Origin: Candidatus Methylomirabilia bacterium
Lineage (GTDB): Bacteria; Methylomirabilota; Methylomirabilia; Rokubacteriales; CSP1-6
NCBI GenBank assembly: GCA_041497895.1
Contig: JBGQHJ010000052.1
Location: 1-28,751 of the forward strand
Direction: 5' to 3'
DNA: 28,751 nucleotides
Positions 18,176-27,186 of the stretch are shown here, piece after piece. Numbering within the stretch: position 1 is the stretch's first letter; each line of letters opens with the position of its first letter. Position numbers and translations under genes: made by a program. The notes below the pieces were generated by a model. That model made no database searches. It was not told where the DNA came from and worked only from the letters and a program-made list of their open reading frames with translations.

Positions 18176-19435
18176 TCAGCGGGCGGCGCGGACGGTGTGG
18201 ACGGCGCGGCGCTCGGCGTTGATGCGGGCGCGCTGGCGGTCCTCCGCCTTGCGGGCGCGGATGGAGGCGATGCGCTCGGCGAGCGGGATCTCGAGTCGAT
18301 CGGCCGGGCGCTTGGTGTAGTCGAAGTTGGGGAGGCGGACCCGCGAGAACCGAGTGCCGACCGCGCGCTCGATGCCCTTCAGATCGCCCTCCTCGTCCGG
18401 CGAGACCAGCGTGAAGGCGTCGCCCACCGCCTCGGCCCGCGCGGTGCGGCCCACCCGGTGGATGTAGTCCTCCGACATGCCGGGCACGTCGAAGTTGATC
18501 ACGTGGCTCAGCGCATCGATGTCGATGCCCCGCGCCGCGATGTCGGTCGCGACGAGGACCTGGAAGCGCCCGTCCTTGAAGCCGGCCAGCGCGGCGGTGC
18601 GCTGCGCCTGGCTGCGATTGCCGTGGATGCGGTCGGCCTTGACCCCGTGCTTCGCCAGGTACTCGGCGAGCCGGTTGGCCCGGTGCTTGGTGCGGGTGAA
18701 TGCGAGCACGCTCCGGGTGCCGGGCTGCTTGAGCAGCTCGACGAAGAGGGCCGACTTCAGCTCCTGCGGCACCGGGTACACGGTGTGGGTGACGCCCACC
18801 GCGGGCGCGGGCGGCCGCTCGATCTGCAGCGCCACCGGATCGCGGAGGATCTCCCGCGCCAGGACCGCGATCGGCTGCGGCATCGTCGCGGAGAAGAGCA
18901 GGTTCTGCCGGCGCGCCGGCAGCTGCTTCAGGATGCGCCGGATATCCGGAAGGAAGCCCATGTCGAGCATCCGGTCCGCCTCGTCGAGGACCAGCACCTC
19001 GAGGCCGTCCAGGCGCGCGTAGGGCATGCGCATGTGATCGAGCAGCCGCCCGGGGGTGGCCACCAGGATGTCGACCTTCTTCCGGAAGGCGTGCTCCTGC
19101 GGGCCCATGCCGACGCCGCCGAACACGGCCGCGCCGTCGATCCGCGTGAAGCGGGCGAGCTCGCGCCGGTGCTCGTCGATCTGCGCGGCCAGCTCGCGGG
19201 TGGGCGCCACGATCAGGGCGCGCGTGGTGCCACGCGGCAGGGCGCTCAGGCGCTGCAGGATCGGCAGGAGGAACGCGGCGGTCTTGCCGCTGCCGGTCAT
19301 GGCGCACGCGAGCACGTCGCGGCCGGCCAGGCCGGGGGGAATCGCGTCGCGCTGGATGGGGGTCGGCGCCTGGAAGCCCAGCGACGCGATGCCGCGGAGC
19401 AGGTCGGGGTGAAGTCCGAAATCAGAAAACGACAT
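18176..19435 (-). CDS. ATP-dependent DEAD-box RNA helicase (RhlE-like)
   Basis: Q motif PTPIQ, TGSGKT, PTRELA, DEAD, SAT, ARGID and HRVGRTAR. Start trimmed to MSFSDFGL. Confidence 0.95.
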   Translation of the reverse strand: MSFSDFGLHPDLLRGIASLGFQAPTPIQRDAIPPGLAGRDVLACAMTGSGKTAAFLLPILQRLSALPRGTTRALIVAPTRELAAQIDEHRRELARFTRIDGAAVFGGVGMGPQEHAFRKKVDILVATPGRLLDHMRMPYARLDGLEVLVLDEADRMLDMGFLPDIRRILKQLPARRQNLLFSATMPQPIAVLAREILRDPVALQIERPPAPAVGVTHTVYPVPQELKSALFVELLKQPGTRSVLAFTRTKHRANRLAEYLAKHGVKADRIHGNRSQAQRTAALAGFKDGRFQVLVATDIAARGIDIDALSHVINFDVPGMSEDYIHRVGRTARAEAVGDAFTLVSPDEEGDLKGIERAVGTRFSRVRLPNFDYTKRPADRLEIPLAERIASIRARKAEDRQRARINAERRAVHTVRAAR

Positions 19436-19481
19436 GGAGCAGGTAACCTCGTGCGGGCAGGGAATTGGGCCCGTGGCCAGT

Positions 19482-19535
19482 CTTCCGCGGATGATCTTGA
19501 CGCGCCCCACGATGCGGAAGCGGACGGGAAACGCG
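19482..19535 (-). ncRNA. Candidate cis-regulatory pseudoknot in the helicase leader
   Basis: CGCGTTTC pairs with GGGGCGCG (three GU pairs). Loop CTTCCGC (19520-19514) pairs with GCGGAAG (19488-19482). Same layout as the RRM leader. Confidence 0.45.
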
Positions 19536-19562
19536 GTCTGCAGATGCAGGTAACTTGGTTAC

Positions 19563-19568
19563 AGCATA
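19563..19568 (-). promoter_or_regulatory. -10 element TATGCT for the helicase, implying a leader of about 120 nt
   Basis: Near-consensus hexamer upstream of the helicase. Confidence 0.5.
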
Positions 19569-19577
19569 CACGCCCTT

Positions 19578-19605
19578 CCCGCGGAAACGGAGAACTTTCC
19601 GCGGG
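19578..19605. other. 10-bp inverted repeat (terminator-like hairpin or operator)
   Basis: CCCGCGGAAA-8nt-TTTCCGCGGG, downstream of the small Cys-rich gene and over the helicase -35 region. No U tract. Confidence 0.45.
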
Positions 19606-19620
19606 GGTGGGCGGCCCCGC

Positions 19621-19842
19621 TCACTCGGCGCGCTGGGCCATTCGCTCCGCGATCTCGGCCTCGAACAGGGCCAGGGTCAGCGGGCAGGGGGGCTCGTTGG
19701 TGTCGATGTGCTGGCACTCGAGCTCGCTGCATCGGACGAACAGCTTGCCGTTGCCGCCCAGTGACTGCCGGCGACGAAGCGAGATGGAGACGGTCTCGGA
19801 GACGACGTTGCACTGGAACGACTTCGTGGGAGTCCGGGGCAC
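19621..19842 (-). CDS. Small 73-aa hypothetical protein with 4 Cys
   Basis: GTG start with GGGAGAAAAGGA RBS and its own TATACT (19887-19882). MPRTPTKSFQC...CSELEC...PPCPL. Confidence 0.7.
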   Translation of the reverse strand: MPRTPTKSFQCNVVSETVSISLRRRQSLGGNGKLFVRCSELECQHIDTNEPPCPLTLALFEAEIAERMAQRAE

Positions 19843-19889
19843 GGTGTTCCTTTTCTCCCGGCCGTTGCGACCGAGGGTCACAGTATATC

Positions 19890-20753
19890 TTATTTTTCGA
19901 CCGTGGCGCGCTCGATGGCGAGGAGCTTCTCGAGCTCGATCACTCCGAGCATGTCCTTCTCGAGCGGGGCCCAGTCGCGGCGGGGCCGGCCCGCGCCGAA
20001 GCCGTCGACCAGGTCCGCGTAGATCGCCTTCCACGCCTCGTACGCGGCGAGCAGCGGGGTCGAGGGATCGGCGACGATCCGGTAGCCGAGTCCGCCGAGA
20101 TCCCCGAGCGTCATGCCGAGCCCGGCGAGGCCGCCGCGGCCGGTGAGGTACATGAGCGGCCCCCCGAGCCGCTGGCCGATGGCGCGCAGCTGCTCCGGAG
20201 TGTGCGCCATCGAGAGCAGGAGCACCTCGGCCCCCGCCTTCCGGTAGATCTCTCCGCGCCGCAGGGCGTCATCCATGGTGCTGGCGCGCATCGCATTGGT
20301 GCGCGCGATGATCAGGAGGTCGGGGCCGCGCCGGGCCGCGACCGCGGCCTCCACCTTGGCCGCCATCAGCTCGGCCGGGATCATGTGCTCGATCCCGACG
20401 TGGTGGTGCGCCCGCTTCGGCACGAGCTGATCCTCGATCTCGATCGCCGCAAAGCCGGCCGCCTCGCTCATGCCGATGGTGCGGCGCATGTGCATCGGGT
20501 CGCCGTAGCCGCACGCCCCGTCGAGGATGAGCGGCAGCGCCGACACCGCGCCGATGTCGAGCGCGGCCTGGCACATCTCGGTCAGGTTGAGATTGGCCTC
20601 GAGCGCGACCTTCTGGTAGCCGGTGGAGCCGCCGCCCAGGTAGCCGGCCGGGAAGCCGGCCGCCTCCACCATCCGGGCCATCAGCGGGTTGAGGACGAGA
20701 GGAGCGGTGACCGGCAATGGGCCCTCGAGCAGCGCGCGGATGGACGGGCTCAC
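19890..20753 (-). CDS. Isocitrate lyase/PEP mutase superfamily protein
   Basis: LILDGACGYG, IEIEDQLVPKRAHH and IIARTNA. Confidence 0.88.
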   Translation of the reverse strand: MSPSIRALLEGPLPVTAPLVLNPLMARMVEAAGFPAGYLGGGSTGYQKVALEANLNLTEMCQAALDIGAVSALPLILDGACGYGDPMHMRRTIGMSEAAGFAAIEIEDQLVPKRAHHHVGIEHMIPAELMAAKVEAAVAARRGPDLLIIARTNAMRASTMDDALRRGEIYRKAGAEVLLLSMAHTPEQLRAIGQRLGGPLMYLTGRGGLAGLGMTLGDLGGLGYRIVADPSTPLLAAYEAWKAIYADLVDGFGAGRPRRDWAPLEKDMLGVIELEKLLAIERATVEK

Positions 20754-20760
20754 GGGCGCC

Positions 20761-21513
20761 TCACACCGCCAGGAAGCCGCCGTCGACCACCAGCTCGGTG
20801 CCGGTGATGTAGGAGGCCTCGTCGGAGGCGAGGAAGAGCACCGCGTGGGCGACCTCCTCCACCCGCCCCTCGCGCTTCATCGGTACCGCGTCCAGGAACG
20901 GCTGGCGCCACGCCGGATCCGCCGAGACCTTCGAGGTGCGCATCGGCGGCATGAAGCCCGGGTGCACCGAGTTGACCCGGATGCCGTCGCGCGCGTACTG
21001 GACCGCGGCCGACTTGGTCATGATGCGCACCGCGCCCTTCGAGGCGTTGTAGGCCATGTGCAGCCGATCCTGGCCGACGAAGCCCGAGATCGAGGAGATG
21101 TTGACGATGGCCCCGCCCCCCGACCGGCGCATGGCGGGGACGGCGTGCTTCATGCCGAGGAAGACACCCTTGGCGTTGACGTTCATGATGTTGTCCCACG
21201 ACGGGGTGCTGGTGGTGTCCGGGTCCGACGAGCCGCTGATCCCGGCGTTGTTCACCAGGATGTCGAGCCGGCCGTAGGCGCCGGTGGTGGACCCGATCAC
21301 GTCCTGCCAGGCGGCCTCGCTCGTGACGTCGAGCCGGGCGAAGCGCGCCTTGCCCCCGCCGCCGGTGATCTTGGCGACGACCTGCTGGCCGGCCGCGTCG
21401 TCGACGTCGGCCACCACCACGGTGGCGCCCTCCCGGGCGAAGATCAGGGCCTCGCTCTCCCCCATGCCGTGCGCACCGCCGGTGATGATCGCGACCTTTC
21501 CTGCGAGTCTCAT
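20761..21513 (-). CDS. Short-chain dehydrogenase/reductase
   Basis: TGGAHGMG, NNAG, YNASK and RVNSVHPG. AGGAGGAG RBS. Confidence 0.93.
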   Translation of the reverse strand: MRLAGKVAIITGGAHGMGESEALIFAREGATVVVADVDDAAGQQVVAKITGGGGKARFARLDVTSEAAWQDVIGSTTGAYGRLDILVNNAGISGSSDPDTTSTPSWDNIMNVNAKGVFLGMKHAVPAMRRSGGGAIVNISSISGFVGQDRLHMAYNASKGAVRIMTKSAAVQYARDGIRVNSVHPGFMPPMRTSKVSADPAWRQPFLDAVPMKREGRVEEVAHAVLFLASDEASYITGTELVVDGGFLAV

Positions 21514-21575
21514 GATGGCTCCTCCTGGTGGTCCCGCCCGAGAACGAGCTCGAGGAGACGGGAGAGGCGGTGCAT
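21510..21575 (-). CDS. Candidate 21-aa upstream peptide MHRLSRLLELVLGRDHQEEPS
   Basis: GGAGG 9 nt before the ATG; stop overlaps the SDR start (ATGA). Confidence 0.45.
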   Translation of the reverse strand: MHRLSRLLELVLGRDHQEEPS

Positions 21576-21624
21576 CGACGGAATCCTCCGGCGTTGGCGT
21601 GCGTGAGAGAACGAAGCGGCGCCT

Positions 21625-21653
21625 ACTATAGCCCGCTGCGGTGACGCGGGCAA
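21625..21653 (-). promoter_or_regulatory. Sigma70-type promoter TTGCCC-17-TATAGT for the SDR/ICL operon
   Basis: Both hexamers present with a 17-nt spacer. Confidence 0.6.
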
Positions 21654-21825
21654 TCGCGGTCGAGGCCGGCGACTTCTCCCGGGCGATTCCTTCCTGGCGA
21701 GGCGCGCGCCGACTTCGCCCCGGCCGACCCCACCGCGTCCGGGGCCGCGGGAGCCTAGCCCCGGCAAAGCCGCGCGCCCGCCCCTCCCGCGTCACGGTAT
21801 ACTCCTGCGCCGTGAGGAGGACGTC

Positions 21826-22806
21826 ATGCGCGCGGTGATCTGTCACGCCTGGGGAGCGGTCGAGAACCTGAAGGTCGAGGAGGTCGCCGCGCCGGTCCCG
21901 GCCGCGGACGAGGTGCTGATCGACGTGCGCGCCACGTCGGTGAACTACGCCGACTCGATCATGGTGGCGGGCAAGTACCAGACGCGTCCGCCGTTTCCGT
22001 TCAGCCCGGGGCTCGAGACCGCGGGCGTGGTCGCGGGCTGCGGCGCGCGGGTGACGCGCTTCCGGCCGGGTGATCGGGTGATGGCCACGCTCGGCTGGGG
22101 CGGGCTCGCCGAGCGGGCGGTGGCCAAGGAGAGCGAGACCTTCGCGATCCCGGAGGGCATGTCGTTCGAGGAGGCGGGCGCGTTCCCGATCGCCTACATC
22201 TCGAGCGACGTGGCGATCCGCTGGCAGGGCCGCCTGGAGCCGGGCGAGACGCTCCTGGTACTGGGCGCGGCCGGGGGCGTGGGGCTCACCGCGGTGGAGA
22301 TCGGCAAGGCGATGGGCGCGCGGGTGATCGCGGGCGCCAGCACCGCGGAGAAGCTCGCGGTGGCGAAGGCGCACGGCGCCGACGATCTCGTGAACTACGC
22401 GACCGAGAAGCTCACCGAGCGGGTGATGGCGCTGACCGGGGAGAAGGGCGCGGACGTCTGCTTCGATCCGATCGGCGGCGAGCTGGCCGACGCGGCGCTC
22501 TCCGCGCTCGGCTGGGGTGGGCGGATGCTACTGGTGGGCTTCGTGGGCGGCGTCCAGCAGATCCCGGCCAACCGACTCCTCGTCAAGAATCGCTCCGCGC
22601 TCGGCTGCTCGCTGCGCTACTACCGCAACCAGGCCCCGGACAAGCTCCGCCGCTCCGTCGAGGCGCTGCTCGCCTGGTACCGCGAGGGCCGGCTCAAGCC
22701 GCTGGTGAGCCACCGCCTGCCGCTCGAGCGAACCGTTGAGGCGATCAAGCTCCTCACCGATCGCAAGGCGCTCGGCAAGATCGTGGTCGTGCCCGGGCAG
22801 GGCTGA
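21826..22806 (+). CDS. NADPH:quinone oxidoreductase (zeta-crystallin/MDR family)
   Basis: GKYQTRPPFPFSPGLE and LGAAGGVG. TATACT at 21798-21803 and GAGGAGG RBS. Confidence 0.92.
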   Translation: MRAVICHAWGAVENLKVEEVAAPVPAADEVLIDVRATSVNYADSIMVAGKYQTRPPFPFSPGLETAGVVAGCGARVTRFRPGDRVMATLGWGGLAERAVAKESETFAIPEGMSFEEAGAFPIAYISSDVAIRWQGRLEPGETLLVLGAAGGVGLTAVEIGKAMGARVIAGASTAEKLAVAKAHGADDLVNYATEKLTERVMALTGEKGADVCFDPIGGELADAALSALGWGGRMLLVGFVGGVQQIPANRLLVKNRSALGCSLRYYRNQAPDKLRRSVEALLAWYREGRLKPLVSHRLPLERTVEAIKLLTDRKALGKIVVVPGQG

Positions 22807-22809
22807 GCC

Positions 22810-23565
22810 ATGGAGATCCGCACCGAGGCGCACGGCCCGCACGTGGTGGTGGTCACCGTCGACAACCAGCCGCGCCTCAACGCGATGACGCGGGCGATGA
22901 TGGCGGACCTGGCCCGCCTGTGGGATGAGCTCGAGCGTGGGCCGTGCCGCGCCATCGTGCTCACCGGCGCGGGGACCCGGGCCTTCTGCGCGGGCGCCGA
23001 CATCAGCGGGGACTTGAGCGCGGCCCCCGAGGCCGCGCGAGTGATCAGCCACGCCTTGCTCAAGTACGACTCGTACGGCAAGCCGATCGTGGCCGCGGTC
23101 AACGGTGACTGCGCGGGCGGCGGCGTGGAGCTGCTGCTCGCCACCGACATCCGCGCCGCGGTGCCCACCGCGCGCTTCGGGCTGCCGGAGGTGAAGTGGT
23201 CGATCTACCCGTTCGGCGGCGCCACCGTGAAGCTGATCCAGCAGATTGGCTACGTGCACGCCATGGACCTGCTGCTGACCGGGCGTCTGATCGACGCCAC
23301 CGAGGCGGCCCGGCTCGGCCTGATCAACCGGGTGGTGCCCGCCGAGGGCCTGATGGGGTGGGCGCTCGAGACCGCGGAGACGATCGCGGCCAACAGCCCG
23401 TCCGCGGTGCAGGCGGTGAAGCGGCAGATCAGCGCGACCATCGCGGACCACGCGCGGGCCCGCGAGGCGCTGGAGCAGGAGCTGGGCGACCGGGTGCGGG
23501 CGAGCGCCGATTTCCAGGAGGGCGTGGCCGCGTTCCGCGAGAAGCGCCGGCCGCGCTACGAGTGA
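22810..23565 (+). CDS. Enoyl-CoA hydratase/isomerase family protein
   Basis: AFCAGADI, KPIVAAVNGDCAGGGVE, FGLPE and EGVAAFREKR. Confidence 0.92.
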   Translation: MEIRTEAHGPHVVVVTVDNQPRLNAMTRAMMADLARLWDELERGPCRAIVLTGAGTRAFCAGADISGDLSAAPEAARVISHALLKYDSYGKPIVAAVNGDCAGGGVELLLATDIRAAVPTARFGLPEVKWSIYPFGGATVKLIQQIGYVHAMDLLLTGRLIDATEAARLGLINRVVPAEGLMGWALETAETIAANSPSAVQAVKRQISATIADHARAREALEQELGDRVRASADFQEGVAAFREKRRPRYE

Positions 23566-23572
23566 GGCATCC

Positions 23573-24622
23573 ATGACCACTCCCGTCCGCGTCCACATCC
23601 GCGTGCCCGGCACCGCGCCGATGCCCGACCTGATGCGCCTGGTCCAGGGGATCGAGGCGGCCGGCTTCGACGGGGCCGGCATCCTGGACAGCCAGATGCT
23701 CTCGCGTGACACCTTCGTCACGCTGGGGCAGGCGGCCACCCACACGAAGCGCCTCGCCCTGTTCCCGGCGGTCACCAACCCGTTCACCCGCCATCCCTCG
23801 GTGCTCGCGTCCGCGATCCAGACCGTGGAGGAGCTGGCGCCGGGGCGCGTGAAGTTCGTGATCGGCACCGGCTACACCTCGGCCAGCACCATCGGGCGCA
23901 AGGCGGCCACCCTCGGGGAGATGCGCGAGTGCATCGCGACCGTGAAGACCCTGCTGGCCGGCGAGAGCGCGCGCTTCGGGGAGACCGCGGGGCGCCTCGG
24001 CTACGCCTCGGGCCGGCGGATCCCGGTGCTGATGGCCGCCTCCGGGCCCAAGGCCATCGAGCTGGCCGGCGAGGTGGCCGACGGCGCGCTGCTGCTGGTC
24101 GGAGCCAACCGCGGCATCGTGACCCGCGCGCTCGAGCTCCTGGAGCGCGGCGCGAAGCGGGCCGGGCGCCGGGTGGAGGATCTCGAGGTGATCTGGGCGG
24201 TGCGCACCGCGACGCTGCCCACCACCGCGGCCGCGCTCCGCGAGGCGCGGCCCACCGCGGTGCACTGGGGCATCCTGCGCTGGGGCGGCTACTGGCTCGA
24301 GCCGGCCGGCCTGCGGCTGCCGCCGCTCACGGTGCCGGACGCGGTGTGCAAGGTCTACCCCGATCTCTCCCACGCCCACGACTGGGAGGCGGCCATCGCC
24401 GCGACCTCGTTCGTGCCCGACGAGGTGGTGGCCCAGCTCTGCGAGGCGATGGGGCTGGTCGGCACGCCCGCGGACTGCGCGGCCCGCATCGCCCTCCTGA
24501 CCACGCTCGGCGTGCGCAACCTCTACCTGATGCCGCTCCTCACCTTCGCCCCGCCCGAGCGCGAGATCGCCGCGTTCCGCGACACGGTCTTCCCCGCGCT
24601 CGCCGCCCAGCACCTCCGCTAG
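23573..24622 (+). CDS. LLM-class flavin/F420-dependent oxidoreductase
   Basis: VTNPFTRHPSVLASA and AASGPKAIELAGEVADG. Confidence 0.88.
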   Translation: MTTPVRVHIRVPGTAPMPDLMRLVQGIEAAGFDGAGILDSQMLSRDTFVTLGQAATHTKRLALFPAVTNPFTRHPSVLASAIQTVEELAPGRVKFVIGTGYTSASTIGRKAATLGEMRECIATVKTLLAGESARFGETAGRLGYASGRRIPVLMAASGPKAIELAGEVADGALLLVGANRGIVTRALELLERGAKRAGRRVEDLEVIWAVRTATLPTTAAALREARPTAVHWGILRWGGYWLEPAGLRLPPLTVPDAVCKVYPDLSHAHDWEAAIAATSFVPDEVVAQLCEAMGLVGTPADCAARIALLTTLGVRNLYLMPLLTFAPPEREIAAFRDTVFPALAAQHLR

Positions 24623-26229
24623 GCGCGCGCGGCGGCGAGACGCTCGGCGAGGCGGAACTTCTGGACCTTGCCGGTTGACGTGACCGGCAGGTCGTCGCGC
24701 GCCATCACGTGGATGGCCTGCGGCACCTTGTAGGCGGCGAGCGCGTCCTTGCACAGGGCGCGCAGCGCGTCCGGGTCGACCGCCCGGCCCGCCTTCGCCA
24801 CCACCACCGCGACCAGCACCTCCTCCTTGCGCGGATCGGGTAGCCCGACCACGTAGGCCTGCTCCACATCCGGATGGCCGAGGAGCACCTCCTCCACCTC
24901 GACCGGGGCCACGTTGATCCCGCCGGTCTTGACCATCTCCTTGATGCGGCCGCGGAAGCGCAGGCGCCCGTCGTCGCCCACGAAGCCCAGATCGCCGGTG
25001 AGCAGGAAGCCGTCGCCGTCGAAGGACGCCGCGTTGCGCTCCGGGTCCTCGTAGTAGCCGGGCGTGAGGCGGCCCCGCACCAGGATCTCGCCCACCTGGC
25101 CGTCCGGCAGCGGCTGCCGGCTGTCGCGGTCCACCACGCGGATCTCCATCCCGGGCAGGGGATAGCCGACGCTGGCCCGCCGCACCTCGGGCGGATCGTG
25201 CGCGTCGGTGACCGAGCAGTTGCCGTAGCACTCGGTCAGCCCGTAGACGTTGCAGATCTCGCGCGCGCCCAGGTCCATCACCATCTGCATCGCGGCGGGC
25301 GACCCGATGGCCGCGCCGGTGCGCAGCGACGAGAGATCGCGGCGCGCGCGGTCCGGATGCTCGATCAGGGTCTGGGCGATGTTGGGGGTGCCGTAGTAGA
25401 CGGTACAGCGCTCGCGCTCGATCAGGGCCAGCGTCGCGGCCGGCTCGATCTGTTCCTGGAGCACCAGGGTGCCCCCGTGGGTCATCACCGCGGGCAGCGC
25501 ATTGGCGCAGCCGAAGCTCCAGAAGAGCGAGATGCCCATCCACATGCGGTCGGCCGGCGTCAGATGCTGGCGCTCGCCGATGTGCCAGCCGTTCTCGATC
25601 AGCCCGCCGTGGGCGAGCTGCACCCCCTTGGGAGTCGACGTCGTCCCCGACGTGTAGAGGATGTACGCGACGTCGTCCGCGGTGACCGCCCGCTGGGCGG
25701 CATCGAGCTGGGCGTCGGTCACGCCCGAGCCCAGCTCGGCGAGGGCCTCGAGCGACGGGAGCGCGCCGGCCGGGACGCTCGCCGCCTCCTCCCCGCCCAC
25801 GACGACGTGCCTCAGGTGAGGCAGGCGCACGGAGCCCGCCCCGCCCATCTCGGCGAGCGCGCCCAGGTAGTCCTGGCTCCCGAAGCGCGGCGTGGCGATC
25901 AGGACCGAGGCCGTGCAGTGGCCGAGCACGTACTCGAGCTCGCGCGGCCGCGACCAGGTGCTGACCGGCACCAGGGTGGCGCCGAGCAGCGTGACCGCGA
26001 AGTCGATCAGCAGCCACTCCGGCCGGTTGGTCATGAGCAGCGCGACCCGGTCGCCCCGGCGCACGCCCAGGCGCACGAGTCCGCGGGCGAGCCGTCGCGC
26101 GCGGACGCGCGTCTCCGCGTAGCCGAGGCGCACCCGGCCGGTGGCGTCGACGATCAGCTCGCGCTCGGGCTGGCGCGCAGCCAGCTCGTCGAGCAGGTCG
26201 GGAATGGTCCGGCTCCGGGGAGGGAGCAC
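24619..26229 (-). CDS. AMP-dependent acyl-CoA synthetase
   Basis: YTSGTTSTPKG, YGLTE, TGDLG and STGKVQK. Confidence 0.92.
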   Translation of the reverse strand: MLPPRSRTIPDLLDELAARQPERELIVDATGRVRLGYAETRVRARRLARGLVRLGVRRGDRVALLMTNRPEWLLIDFAVTLLGATLVPVSTWSRPRELEYVLGHCTASVLIATPRFGSQDYLGALAEMGGAGSVRLPHLRHVVVGGEEAASVPAGALPSLEALAELGSGVTDAQLDAAQRAVTADDVAYILYTSGTTSTPKGVQLAHGGLIENGWHIGERQHLTPADRMWMGISLFWSFGCANALPAVMTHGGTLVLQEQIEPAATLALIERERCTVYYGTPNIAQTLIEHPDRARRDLSSLRTGAAIGSPAAMQMVMDLGAREICNVYGLTECYGNCSVTDAHDPPEVRRASVGYPLPGMEIRVVDRDSRQPLPDGQVGEILVRGRLTPGYYEDPERNAASFDGDGFLLTGDLGFVGDDGRLRFRGRIKEMVKTGGINVAPVEVEEVLLGHPDVEQAYVVGLPDPRKEEVLVAVVVAKAGRAVDPDALRALCKDALAAYKVPQAIHVMARDDLPVTSTGKVQKFRLAERLAAARA

Positions 26230-26235
26230 GCGAGC

Positions 26236-26757
26236 CTACTTCACGTAGTGGTCGCGCGCCAGGGGCGGCGCGGTGCCTTCTCCGCTGAAGAGCACGGTGA
26301 GCACGACCTCGACCGAGTGGCCGAGGGCCAGGCCCTGGCAGCCGATCGCCGCGCGGGTGGGCTTGCCGCGGTCGCCGTACAGCTCCACGAGCAGATCGGT
26401 GGCGCCGTTGATCACGCGCGGCTGCTCGTGGAAGCCGGGCGCCGAGTTCACGAAGCCGATGAGCTGCACCGCCTGCTGCACGCGGTCCAGGTCGCCGAGC
26501 GCGTACTTGATCGCGGCCAGGCTCGAGAGCAGCGCGTAGCGCGCGGCCTCGTAGCCCTGCTCGATCGAGAGATCGGCGCCCACCACACCGAGGAGATGGG
26601 GCTTGCCGTCCCGCACCGGCGTGGTGCCGGAGAGGTAGAGCACGTTGTTGACCGCGAGATGCGAGACGAAACGGGCACCCGCCGCGTTCGCCCGGTACGC
26701 GCGATCCAGATCCATCAGCGTGAGTCCGAGCGCGTCGAGCTTCTTCTCGATGTGCAT
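26236..26757 (-). CDS. RidA/YjgF-like family protein
   Basis: LYLSG, GFVNSAPGFHEQPRVINGATDLL and RAAIG. Probable start at MHIEKKL. Confidence 0.88.
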   Translation of the reverse strand: MHIEKKLDALGLTLMDLDRAYRANAAGARFVSHLAVNNVLYLSGTTPVRDGKPHLLGVVGADLSIEQGYEAARYALLSSLAAIKYALGDLDRVQQAVQLIGFVNSAPGFHEQPRVINGATDLLVELYGDRGKPTRAAIGCQGLALGHSVEVVLTVLFSGEGTAPPLARDHYVK

Positions 26758-26779
26758 GATGGCGCAGGTCATAACACGG

Positions 26780-26798
26780 TTATCCACACTTATTCACA
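26780..26798 (+). promoter_or_regulatory. Two tandem DnaA boxes (TTATCCACA, TTATTCACA)
   Basis: Exact TTWTNCACA matches at 26780-26788 and 26790-26798. Confidence 0.72.
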
Positions 26799-26818
26799 AA
26801 ACTTTCTTTGTCATCGGC

Positions 26819-26848
26819 TTGACACATCCCCCACGCCTTCACTAGGCT
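26819..26848 (+). promoter_or_regulatory. Promoter TTGACA-18-TAGGCT for the small basic gene
   Basis: Perfect -35 at 26819-26824; -10 lies 9 nt before ATG 26858. Confidence 0.65.
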
Positions 26849-26857
26849 TCACGAGTC

Positions 26858-27100
26858 ATGCAGGGGAGTCGAAAGCCGCTGGCGAAGGTCGAGGGACGCC
26901 GGTCGTTACGGCAGAGCAAGCTCACCATCGCGTGGCGCGGCACGCCGGATCTCGACGACTGGGTCGCCTACATCGTCAACAAGACGAAGTCGAAGAAGCT
27001 GATCCTCGCGGACCAGGTATCGGAGCGGAAGGTGAAGGCTCTGCTCGCCCGCGTATCGGGTCTCTCCCGGCGCGGCGTGGAGAAGCTGGCGAAAGGCTAG
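26858..27100 (+). CDS. Small basic hypothetical protein (80 aa)
   Basis: Own promoter, GC-rich third codon positions, Lys/Arg-rich, followed by the hairpin CGGGGGC-GCCA-GCCCCCG. Confidence 0.75.
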   Translation: MQGSRKPLAKVEGRRSLRQSKLTIAWRGTPDLDDWVAYIVNKTKSKKLILADQVSERKVKALLARVSGLSRRGVEKLAKG

Positions 27101-27154
27101 GGTCGAGAGACCCCCAGGCGGGGGCGCCAGCCCCCGACAATTCCCGGAACTGGT

Positions 27155-27186
27155 CTATCCACATGTGTGGATAGACCTGTGTATAG
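27155..27186. promoter_or_regulatory. Cluster of three DnaA-box-like sites
   Basis: CTATCCACA (27155-27163, +), CTATCCACA (27174-27166, -) and CTATACACA (27186-27178, -), each one mismatch from consensus. Confidence 0.6.

Noticed and set aside
19559..19813. 84-aa alternative-frame ORF over the Cys-rich microprotein
   Set aside because: It has no RBS and runs through the helicase promoter; the 19842-19621 frame is better supported.
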